DNA of 45,036 bases, taken from positions 1 through 45,036 of the forward strand of contig JBGSVK010000088.1 of NCBI GenBank assembly GCA_041752975.1, read 5' to 3'. The first letter of the stretch is position 1; the number at the start of each line of letters is the position of its first letter. Of this stretch, positions 1-12,500 are shown in pieces. Source of the DNA: Minisyncoccia bacterium. GTDB lineage: Bacteria > Patescibacteriota > Minisyncoccia > Phycocordibacterales > UBA918. The position numbers and the translations under genes are program-made. Under the pieces are notes generated by a model, which had not been told where the DNA came from, did not search any database, and worked only from the letters and a program-made list of their open reading frames with translations.

Positions 1-340
1 CGAAAAAAACCCACCCCTTTTCGTTTAATAATAAAAAATGATTAATGTAACAATTATACAGCCATAATAAACGTGTTCTCGGATTGGCGAGATTAAGTAA
101 TTATTAGAAAATGGCAGTTTTTCATCCAAAAAATGCACTAAAGTTAAAGCTCCTTGGAGGAGTAGGTGTTCTTTGAGTGCGGACTTAGATTTGTGTTAGT
201 TAAGGTGTTTCCTAGATTACGTGGAACACTTTTTAGTGAATTCTAGAGGTGAACCTTGAATTAATCATTGGTTACTTATACTGACTAACAAGTCCACTGT
301 AACTCTTATCGATAGGCTTGTCCCTGTAAAGTTTATCTTT

Positions 341-379
341 GGGTTGCTGATAAATTTTCCCAAAATTTATCAGCAACCC
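341..379. repeat. Perfect 18-bp inverted repeat (gggttgctgataaatttt / aaaatttatcagcaaccc) with a 3-nt spacer, in the non-coding leader of the giant gene
   Basis: Read directly: arm 341-358 is the exact reverse complement of arm 362-379, with loop ccc. It sits in an ORF-free, AT-rich 520-bp region. No clean T-tract follows on either strand, so terminator versus operator cannot be decided. Confidence 0.85.
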
Positions 380-510
380 AAATCAAAAAGTTTCAAAATT
401 TATAAAATGTTTTTTGGCTTAAGACCTAATTTAAAAATTTAATGAAAAGTTCATTAATTATATGGCTGTGTACAAATACAATATGTAATTTGGGCTACAG
501 TAATTATAAT

Positions 511-516
511 AAGGAG
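511..516 (+). promoter_or_regulatory. Shine-Dalgarno-like AAGGAG, 4 nt upstream of the ATG of the giant ORF
   Basis: aaggag at 511-516, then tatt, then ATG at 521. Confidence 0.6.
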
Positions 517-520
517 TATT

Positions 521-3500
521 ATGTTTTTTAGTGAGTCGGCACTTAAATCTATCTATACATATATTGTATACCTGACAAACAAGTTTTTAATTTTGTCGGT
601 GGTCTGTCTGACACTCCTTTTTTTTACAGCTGTAACTTTTGAAGCAAATGCAGCAGAGATAAAGCAGTACGACGCTGGTATTGTTGTCTATGCTGACGGA
701 TCGGCTGGTATTCCCAAGTATAAAGTTTTTGATGACCTGACTGGTTTAGGAGCTGAGCAGAGCGCAACCACTGTCGGCGGTACAGCTATTGAATGGATTC
801 GGGTTGCTGCTAGTCCCGTGCGGGACGAATGGATAATAGTCACCAGAGATGCTGGAGATAGAATCGCTGCCCAAGTTTGTACTGGTATTAACGATGGAAT
901 TTCCTGTGGAGCAACAACAACCATTAGTGCAACGGCTGGTACCCACGGTCTGCAAAACTTTGATGTCGCCTATGAACAGCTATCGGGACATGCCTTGATT
1001 GTCTATGGTACAGCTACGGCTGACGAACTTAGAAAAATTGAATGGGTCAACGGAGCTTGGACCAGTGATGCTGCAATCACGACCACAAAAACTAGTGGTA
1101 CTGTCGAATGGGTAGAGTTAACTTCTCAGCGAGGTAGTGACCAGATTGCTATTGGTTATGCTGATTCAAATGATGAAGTGAGTGCCTATCGTTGGAGTGG
1201 GACATCTGCGGCTAACGAAGCAACAGCAGTTATTACAGCAACCGCATCACAAGCTGATGTCCGCAAGTTTGATATTTCTTTTGAAGGTATTTCTGGCGAT
1301 ATGATTATAGCTTCACCACTAGCAAATGCCGGCACCACTGCTTTTGGGCACATGACTTCAGCTGGGACCTGGACGATTGTAGCCAACACTGAACCAGACA
1401 ACATTACGGCTTTTATTGACTTACAAGAGCAGGGACCAGATGATGATGTGGCGATGTTGGCCCATGGATCAACCACAGCCAACAATCCAACTGAGGGTTA
1501 CGAATTAAACGGAGCTACACCCAACACCACAACAACTGGTATGGTTGATGCTACGGTGGCTGTTGATACCACTACCACAGTCTGGGGAGTTAACTACATG
1601 ATGACCTCAGTAGCTTATCTTTCTCCAACTTATTATGCTGTCGGAGTTTTTTCTGATGTCACTGGGGCCGATGATATCAATTGGTTTACCATGAATAATG
1701 CCGGAGTTTGGACAGCCCAAACCGACAACACTAGAACTAGAGGCACGATTAGATTTACTAGTATGTTTGATTATCCAAATCAAAACAAAGTTTTGTTACT
1801 TTCATCTGACTCAAACAGTGATTTATGGATAGATACTAACGCCGGCACTACTACCGGCGCAACTGCTTGGGTAGATAGAACTAGTGCTGGCGCTGTCGAG
1901 ACAGCTCTTAGTTCAGCCACTACCAAAGTTTACGATTTTGCTTTTAGACTTTCTCCAGCAATTCTAGGTGTTTTGTATACTGATAACGGAATTACCGCCG
2001 ATACTTCAGGCCGGACTATCAAGATGGCGGTAGGGACTTCTACATTAAGTGTTCATACAGCTACTACTACGACCGGAGGAGAGTGGGCCTTCAACAACGT
2101 CTTAATAAATGCTACTAGTGGGACACCTTTTACGATTTGGCATGATGGCACTACTAACGACGCTACAACTATTGTCTCGGGATATGTAAACAGTTTTTCT
2201 ACTACTAGTTTGGCTAGCTCGAGTATTACCAATGTACCGCTGTACTACGGCCATACAGTTGTTTATGGCGCAACTAGTACAGCTTCTTCTACTGCTTCAA
2301 CCACCTCCCAAGTAAACTTTGCAAATTTTTATAACTACGACAGTACCGACGATGCAGACATACTTTACACTTTCCAAAGCACTTCTACTGCTACAACTTC
2401 TTCTCATTTATTTATCAAACAAGGAGAATTTATCCCAACCGAAAATTTAAATATAACTGGTGATTATACTAATCAAGGTAGGTTTGGTGGAGCAGGAGAA
2501 AACTGGCTTCCTCGAAGTGCTGACGCAAATGCTTGGTATGCTGTAACTTACGGTAATGGGATATTTGTAGCTGTTGCAGGCTCTGGTTCTAACCGGGTAA
2601 TGACTTCAACTGACGGTATTACTTGGACTCCCCGTTCGGTAGCTGGAAATAATGATATATGGGAAGATGTCACTTACGGCAATGGCATGTTTGTAGCTGT
2701 GGGTTCTGGAGCTTCGGGAGATCATGTTATGTATTCATCAGACGGTACTACGTGGACTACTACAACTGCGGCTGGGGATGATGATGCTTGGTATGAAGTT
2801 ACCTATGGAAACGGATTATTCGTGGCAGTTTCAGGAAGTGCCAATGGTACCACTCGAGTTATGACTTCACCCGACGGTATTACTTGGACAGCTGGTTCAG
2901 AGGCTGGAAACAATGACGATTGGTATAGTCTAGTCTACGGCAAAGGTATCTTTGTCGCAGTAGGTAACTCTACTGGTGCTGGGGATTCAGTTATGTATTC
3001 ATCAGACGGTATTACTTGGGCTACCTCGACCGCTCTAGGAGATAATGATTTATGGCTGTCAGTTACCTATGGAAACGGATTATTCGTGGCAGTAGGAAAT
3101 ACAGGAGATCGTATCATGACTTCTCCAGATGGTATTACCTGGACAGCTCGCTCGGCCGCTGGAGATAATGATGATTGGTTTGGTGTTACTTACGGTAATG
3201 GACTTTTTGTTGCAACTGGATATTCAGGAACTGATCGAGTAATAACTTCAGCTGATGGTATAAATTGGAAATTAGTATCTGCTGTTGGAAATGATGATGG
3301 TTGGAGAGATGTCACTTACGGCAATGGCATGTTTGTAGCTGTGGGTAATTCTGGTGATCGGGTCATGACCAGCAAGGACAGTAGTCTGTTCTTTAGTACT
3401 ACATCTCCTCAATTCTTGGCCGGAAATTTGACCGGAGCTTCGCAGTTACGAAATGTCACTTTTAATGGTTCGACTACCAACAATACAATTGCTCCTACCC

Positions 3501-6500
3501 ATGGCCTGCTAGGATACTGGAATTTTGAAAATTCGGAAGTTAACTGGACTTCTGCTTCGGCTGGAACAGTAAACGACCTTTCAGGTAACGGCTATACCGG
3601 AACTATGGCTAGTATGAGCTCTTCGACCTCACCAGTGATTGGAAAAGTCGGACAAGCTTTTGATTTTGATGCAGTTGATGATGCGGTCACTATAGATGCT
3701 GCTAGACAAGATGATTTTAATCCCGGAACTGGAAGCTTTTCGGTTTCAGTTTGGGCCAAGCCAGAGAACATCAATCAGACAGGTGCCTTTGTAGCAAAAA
3801 GAAGAAGTGGCGGAAATTATGAAAGATGGTGGGTTGGAGCTTGTATTACAACAGCTTGTACCGCTGGAAAAAGAATTTATTTTAGTAATATTGGGGTGAC
3901 ACCTGGCGATGCACGTGTTTTGATTACAAACTCAGACGTCGTTGATGGCAATTGGCATCATGTGGTTGCGGTAACAGATGCAGATAGTCAGACTATAAAA
4001 TTATATGTCGATGGCGTTGAACCAGCTTCAACTCTAACTAGTACGGGAGCTTGGCCAGATATTACTCATACGAGCCCGGTTCAGTTTGGTGCTTCTACAG
4101 CAGGTTCTTTTGAGTTAAACGGCGCTGTAGATGAAGTTCGCTATTATAATCGAGCTCTTTCGGCTGCTGAGGTGACTGCTCTCTACAATGAAAAGCCTAA
4201 AGTTTTTAGTGATAACGCATCGACTACAGATTTGACAATCAATAGCAGTATTGCAGTTGCTCCGAAAGCCCTAACCGTAGCAGGTAACTATACTAACTCA
4301 GATACCTTTAGAGCTGGTCTAGGCACAACTACTTTTTCGGGCAATGTACCTCAAACACTGTCTGGGAATATGACTGCCTCATCTTCTTTTTATAACGCAC
4401 ATTTTTTAGAAGCTGGTACTAAAAAACTTTTAAGTAACGCTTCGACCACAAATTTTTTCGTCGCTTCCTCTTCGGGTGATGTTGTTTTACCTCCTGCTTT
4501 TGATGTAAGCAGAGATTACACAAACAATGGAGTTACTACCCATGCTGGGGCAGTTTGGACTGCTCGAAGTGTGGCGGGGAACAATGACTCTTGGCGAGAC
4601 ATTACTTACGCTAACGGACTTTTTGTGGCGGTTGGTAATAGTGGCGATAGAGTAATCACTTCAACCGATGGTATTAACTGGGATGTACGCACACCGCCAG
4701 TTTCCGCTGGTTGGTACGGTGTTACCTATGGTAATGGGCTATATGTCGTCACTGCTTCTGGGGGTGAAATTATTACCTCCCCCGACGGTATTACTTGGAC
4801 ACAGAGAACTGCTCCGGCTGGGGGAGCGTGGCTAGATGTTGCTTATGGTAACGGAACTTTTGTGGCCGGAGGTTGGAACGCTTGTGCTACGGCTTGTTTA
4901 ATGTATTCAACTGATGGTATTAACTGGGCTACTACTACTCCTCCTGTAAATAATAGTTGGTATGGAGTGACCTATGGTGGTGGATTATTCGTGGCCGTTG
5001 GTTATGGAATTGTTACAAAATCAGTTATAACTAGCCCAGATGGTATCAATTGGACCGCACGAGATATTGGTGCTAATGATGGTCGATGGATTAGTGTTGA
5101 TTATGGAAATGGTATGTTTGTGGCTGTTGGTGGTTATCTAGATAATTCCCAAAAAGTTGCTACTTCACCCGATGGTATTAATTGGACAGTACGCTCAGTC
5201 TCTGGCAATAACGATAACTGGTGGGATGTAACTTTTTGTGACGGTCTGTTCGTGGCTGTGGCTACCTCTACTACTAATGGGGTGTTTACTTCTCCTGACG
5301 GTATTAATTGGCGAGAGTACCCGTCAGTATTTACAAGTATTAGCTATCAGAGTGATATCGCTTGTGGAAACGGAATAATGGTGGCGGTTTCTAGTGGTGA
5401 TACTAATCGGGTCATGACTGCCCATGACACTACGACATTTTTTAGTGGTTCGACATCTCAAAATATTAGTGGAAATTTAACCGGCGCCAGTACTTTTAGA
5501 GATGTGGTATTCAATGGAACTGGTTCCAAAACTTTTGCTAGTAGTTCAGCTTCAACTACTTCTTTTACAGTCGCTTCAACTAGCGGGGAGGTAATCACTC
5601 CACAAAATCTATCGGTTGCCGGTGATTATGAAAACAGAGGTAGTGTTGTGCAGGCCGGAAGAACTTGGTCAGTTGTAAGTGCTTTGGGCGACAATGATAC
5701 CTGGAGAGATGTTGTGTATGCCCAAGGTCTCTTTGTGGCAATTAGTAGTGGTGGCGATAGAATCATGACTTCGCCAGACGGTCTCATTTGGACAGTTCGA
5801 ACGGTGGGGACTAATAATAATTCAGAGGGTATTGCCTACGGTAATGGAATGTTCGTAGTGGTCGGAAATGCTCAAAGCGTGGTTCTGACTTCTCCTGACG
5901 GTCTTACTTGGTCAACAAGTACTGCACCGTCAGCCAGTGGTTGGAATGGAATTGCCTATGGTAACGGTCTCTTTGTGGCGGTTGCTGATACTGGTACTGA
6001 CCGCGTCATGACCTCTCCAGATGGAGTTAATTGGACAGCCAGAAGTGCTGCTGGTAATGACGATTATTGGTACGGTGTTACCTATGGTAATGGTCTATTC
6101 GTAGCTGTGGCCTACAGGACGACTGCAGATAGGATTATGACCTCTCCGGATGGAATTAACTGGACAGTCCGCAGTGTTGGTGGCAACGACGATGGCTGGA
6201 TACAAGCAGCCTACGGTAACGGCGTCTATGTGGCGGTTGCTTTTACTGGTAATGATAGAGTTGCTTATTCTTATGACGGTCTTACTTGGGCTACTACTTC
6301 TGTAGCCGGTAATGATGATAGTTGGTGGGGAGTAACCTACGGCAATGGTTTGTTTGTGGCGGTTGGTACCAGTACCAGTCATTCTGTAATAACTTCACCA
6401 GACGGTGTTAACTGGACAGCGGTTAGCGCGGCTGGAGACAATGATTCTTGGAGGTTTGTTACTTATGGCGATGGTAAGTTTGTGGCGGTTGGTTGTCATC

Positions 6501-9500
6501 AACAGCCTTGTGTGACGTCAACCGGTTCTGATCGAGTGATGATATCTTACGACACCAACACATTTTTTGATGGTAGTAACGATCAAACTATTAGTGGTGA
6601 CTTAACTGGAGATTCACTACTTCGTTCTGTTATCTTTGAAGAAAAGGGCACCAAGACATTTATTGATACAGCTTCGACGACAGATTTTATGGTCGCTACT
6701 AGTAGTGGCGAAGTAATTACTTCAACAAATATTGCTATAGCTGGGGATTATGAAAATAGAGGAAGGGTATCTCACGCCGGTACGGTCTGGGCAACTACTT
6801 CAGTGGCTGGAAATAATGATAATTGGGGAGATGTAATTTACGCTGAAGACCAATTCGTGGCTGTCGGTTATAGTGGTGATGATCGATTGATGACTTCACC
6901 AGATGGTTTAACTTGGACAGTCAGGACGGCTCCAGAGGCAAATTCGTGGCGAGGGATTGCCTATGGTAATGGGCGTTATGTAGCGGTTTCAAATACCGGT
7001 ACCAACCGAGTTATCTATTCACTTGATGGTATTAATTGGGCAACTAGTAGCGCGGCTCAGGCTAATCAATGGTACGCCGTGACCTACGGTAATGGAACTT
7101 TTGTCGCTGTTTCTAGAGATGGTACCGATAGAGTAATGTATTCATATAATGGTATTAATTGGGCAACTACTAGTGCAGCAGAGGTAAAAGAATGGTGGGG
7201 TATTACCTACGGCAACGGCCTTTTTGTCGCTGTCACTACAACTGGAGGTTCAAATCAAGTAATGACCTCTCCGGATGGAATTAACTGGACCGCAAGAGCT
7301 ACTACAGGTATTGATGGTGACTGGAATGCTGTTACCTACGGTAACGGTCGCTTTGTCGCTGTGTCATATAATAATGATTTAGTAATGTGGTCTGATGACG
7401 GTATTAATTGGACAGCAAGTGACGTTCCTAATAATGATGATTGGTGGGATGTAACTTATGGTGACGGCCTATTTGTAGCGATTGGTACTTCTACTGCTCA
7501 TTCCAACTTAATAATGACTTCTCCTGATGGTATTACTTGGACTTCTAGAGAGGTACCAGATGGGGGAGAGAGTTGGTATGGTATTGGTTATGGAAACGGT
7601 CGTTTTGTTGGAGTAGGTTATGGTGGCCCTAGTCGTGTCATGACCTCATCTGACACTTCTACTTTCTTTACGAGTGTAAATGACCAAGTAATATCTGGAA
7701 ATCTGACTGGTGCCTCACAATTACGAGCCGTTAATTTTGAAGAAAAGGGCAGTAAGACTTTTGAAGATAACGCCTCAACGACCAATTTTACTGTCGGTAG
7801 TGCTAGTAGTACTGGTGAAGTAATTATGCCGCAAAATATTGATATCGCTGGCGATTATGCAAATTTAGGGGCGGTGGCAAATTTTGGGGTTAATTGGACA
7901 ACTGTCACTGCAGCAGAAAACGATGATAATTGGGGAGATGTAATTTACGCTGAAGACCAATTCGTGGCTGTCGGTTATAGTGGTGATGATCGATTGATGA
8001 CTTCACCAGATGGTGTTAATTGGACGACTGTAAGTGTGGCTGGAAATAATGATGGCTGGAATGAAATAACTTATGGTAATGGTCGCTTTGTAGCTGTGTC
8101 TTGTGGAGCAAGTTGTTCAACTGCTGGTGATGTAGTGATGTATTCAGATGATGGTGTTACTTGGGCCACCACCTCTGCTGCTGGAAATAATGATGATTGG
8201 TATGCAGTTACTTATGGTAATGGTGTGTTTGTGGCTGGTGCCATTGCTGGGGATACAAGGGTTATGAATTCAACAGATGGTATTACTTGGACACCACTTT
8301 CTGTACTAGGAGATGATGATGGTTGGTCAGCTATAGTTTATGGAGGGGGACAATTTGTGGCCGTTGCTCGTAGTGGTGGTAATCGAATCATGACTTCACC
8401 AGATGGTACTAACTGGACACCTCAATCTGCTTTGGGTGACAATGACTCATGGAATTCTGTCACCTACGGAAATGGTTTATATGTTGCTTCAGCTTTTGCT
8501 GGTGACCATCGTCTTATGACTTCACCAGATGGTGTTAACTGGACCGCTAGATATTTCCCTGACTCTAATAATTTTACAGGTTCTGTCAGATTTTTAAATG
8601 GACTCTTCTTTGCATTTAATGGTAACACTGCAAGAGGTCATATGACTTCACCAGATGGTATTAATTGGACTGTCCGCTCAGTAGCTGGAGATGATGATTC
8701 TTGGGCACATCCAGCTTATGGTAATGGTACTTTGGTATATGTTAGTTTAGGAGGAAGTAATAGAGTAATGTACTCAAAAGTTGGTACTACCACCTTTAAT
8801 GGTTCTAATGCCCAAGACATCAGTGGCAAACTCTATGGTGAAGGTACTTTTGGTAACGTTCAATTTACTGGTGAGGGTGCCAAAACTTTTTCTGATAGAG
8901 CATCGACTACCAATATTTATATTAATAATAGGGCTACTACGACCTTTGCTTCGACTTTGCATGTCTATGATGATTTTAGTGCTAGTGCAGGAGCAAGGAT
9001 TTCGTTAGCTGATAATGCGACTACGACAATTAAAGATCAGTTATTACTAGCTGGTACAAGTACAAACCTTGTCTATCTTGTTTCTGAAACTTCTGGGCAA
9101 GCTTCTAACTTGGTCCTTTTGGGTTCTTCTACTATTACTAATACTTACGTACAAGACTCCAATGCTTGCGGTAGTATCGGCGGGGGAATTACTGCTACTT
9201 CGTCTACCGATGGTGGTAATAATACTTGTTGGACCTTCACTAGTGAAGGAGGAGCAGTAAACTTCTATGTCACTGGTATTCTCTACGAGGCTAATCGGAC
9301 TACTCCATACGCTACTAGTACCACCGTCAAACTAAACGTTGCTACTAGTACTACCAATACCTTTAGTACTACCACAGTCGCCACCACTGGAGCCTTCAGT
9401 TTTAGTGTCTCGGCAGGAACAGTTGCTACTGGTACCCCAATCACTGTCTTTATCGATGGTAGTGCAGTCATTAAAGCTGTTACAGTCACCAAGACAGCCA

Positions 9501-12500
9501 ATAGTGGAGCCAATACTATTTCTAACCTACCTCTATACAAGAATCACGTCACCATCAAGAACGAAGCGACTGGTACTACCACCAAAGCTTCTGATTTAGT
9601 ACATTACGACAGTGTCAATGACTCCGATATTCAGTTCACTGCTTCATCAACTCTCGGAACACTGAATGCTTTGGGCACTACTACTCTCTATGTAGCTTCA
9701 GGTACAACTTTCCACTTAGACTATCCAACGACCGCGCATGGGTTTGTAGTGGCAACTACTACTTCGACGGTACTCGCTTCTTCTACTCTCACTTTAACAG
9801 GTAATTATGCTAACTTTGGTACTTTCACCGCTGGTACTTCAACTGTCTATGCCTCTAGTTCAGCACCGACTTCCGCATACACTGGATTCTCTTTCGATAC
9901 TGCCGCAAGCGGAAATACTACTCCTCAGGGAATTGTTTCTTATGGTAGTTACATATACGTGACTGATAACGCAGGTTCTCAAGTTTATAGATACAACTCT
10001 GACGGTACTTATAGTGGCTTCACATTTGATACCGCTGCTAGTGGAAATTCTAATCCTGTTGGTATCACTGTATACAACGACTACCTTTATGTAGTTGACT
10101 TAGGTGACGCTGAAGTCTATAGATACAACCTTGACGGTACTTATAGTGGCTTCTCATTTGATACCGCTGCTAGTGGAAATGCTTTACCTTACAGTATCAC
10201 TGCCTACAACGACTACTTTTATGTTATTGACAACACTGATGATGAAGTTTATAGATACAACTCTGACGGTACTTATAGTGGCTTCTCATTTGATACCGCT
10301 GCTAGTGGAAATACTTCTACTTTTGGTATTACTACTTACAATGGTTTTTTATTCTCAACTGATAGTACGGATACAGAAGTTTATATTTATACAATGACTG
10401 GTGCTTATACAGGTGTTTCTTTCGATATCGCTAGTAGTGGAAATGGTACAGCTTATGGCATTACTGCTCACAACGGATACTTCTATATAGTTGATGGTGC
10501 TGACGATGAAGTCTATCAATACAACGTCGGTCAAGGTTTCTCTGGTAATATGACAGGCTCAAGTGCCTTCAATGACATTGTATTTACAGGTAGCTCGGGC
10601 AAGGACTTTGTAAATAACGCTTCAACTACAGGAAACTTCACCATTAGCACAAGTTCGGGTGAAGTGCGTGCCCCGCTAGGGCTTTCTATTGCTGGCAATT
10701 ACACAAATAGCACCTCCACTGGTTTTAACGCTAACTCTGGTACGACTACTTTCTCTGGCACAGGTACTCAAACGATTGCTGGATTTGCTACTGGTACTAG
10801 TGCTTTTGATAATGTTGTTTTTTCAGGGACTGGTACCAAATACTTTGCCACTAGTAGCTCGGCTTCAACCACCAACTTTGTTGTAAATACTGGAAGTGGG
10901 GAAGTAATCACTTCTCCTGCGTTAACTGTATCTGGCAATTATGTAAACAATAGTACAACCACTATGGTTGGGCTCAATTGGGTAGCACGGAGTGCGGCGG
11001 GAAATGATGATGGTTGGCGGGGTGTCACTTACGGCAACGGTCGCTTTGTGGCGGTCTCGCCAGGTATAGATACAGTCATGACATCTCCAGATGGTATTAC
11101 TTGGACTGCTCAAACAACCGCTGGTATTACGGGTCAGTGGTGGGGAGTGGCTTATGGCGAAGGTCTCTTTGTAGCAGTTGGTGTTGGTTCGGGGGCAGAC
11201 AGACTGATGACTTCACCCGATGGTGTTAACTGGACTAGGCGTGATATTGCAGGAAATGACGATAACTGGCGGGCAGTTGTTTATGCACAGGGACAGTTTG
11301 TGGCCGTAGCTTGTGGTACTAATGCTACTACTGCATGTAGTGGTGCTGGTGATCGAGTTGCAACTTCTCCAGACGGTATCACCTGGACCACTTTTGCGAT
11401 TGATCCAGGAAACACCGATGGGTGGATTGGTATTACCTACGGTAATGGTCTTTATGTAGCCGTTAGTGCTGTTGGTGATCAGGTCATGACTTCTCCTGAT
11501 GGTGTAGATTGGACGGCTCAAACCAATCCAACCGGTAGTTGGATAAGTGTCGCTTATGGTAATGGTAATTATGTGGCTGTGTCTTACGCAAGTACAAATC
11601 GAATCATGTCTTCACCTGATGGTGTAACTTGGACTTCACGTTTGGATAGTACCGGTAGTAAATCACTAGAATATGTTATTTTTGCTAATGGAACATTTGT
11701 TGCAGTAGGTAATACTGTTATGACCTCTCCGGATGGTATTACTTGGACGGAACATACTATATTGCGTAATAATGATGCTTGGAGAAGTATGGCCTACGGT
11801 AATGGCCGTTTGGTAGCAGTGGGTATTGGTGGAGATAGAGTGATGACACTTGATGACACAAGTCTAATCTTTAGTGGTAATGAAGATCAGACTATTAGTG
11901 GAAACTTAGATGGCGGAAGTTCATTCCGGTCCGTTTCGTTTACTGGTTCTGGTATCAAGACTATTACCAACAATGCCTCAACTACCAACTTTACTATCGC
12001 TGCAGGTACCACTGTGGTAGCACCAGTTGCGGTAGCGATAGCTAATAACGCTACAAATACTGGGGAGTTAATTACTTCGGCTGGTGATACTTGGGTATCT
12101 GCGTCTGGCACTGAGGCATCTATTTACTACAATGTTGCTTTTGGCGAAGGTATCTTTGTGGCAGTTTCTAGTGGTGGTACAAAGCGAGTTATTACCTCAT
12201 CGGATGGAATAAATTGGACTAAAAGAGATGCTGCCGAGCAAAATCGTTGGATTTCTGTCACTTATGGTGATGGAAAGTTTGTGGCGGTGGCTGATAGTGG
12301 TACCAACAGGTCTATGTATTCTTTTGATGGTATTACTTGGGCAACTAGTAGTGCAGCAGAAAATAATCTCTGGTATGGCGTAACTTATGGAGACGGTCAG
12401 TTTGTGGCGGTTTCATGTAGTGGTACCAACCGCGTCATGACTTCTCCAGATGGTATTAGTTGGTCACCACAATTGGCTGCCGAAGCAAATTGTTGGACTT

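Noticed and set aside
10104-10397. A +strand alternative-frame ORF whose protein itself contains a repeat (DTTLTVLIVASHLIPLLVE twice).
   Set aside because: The repeat is only the frame-shifted reading of the 132-nt NHL-like repeats. The main frame carries the conserved motif structure.
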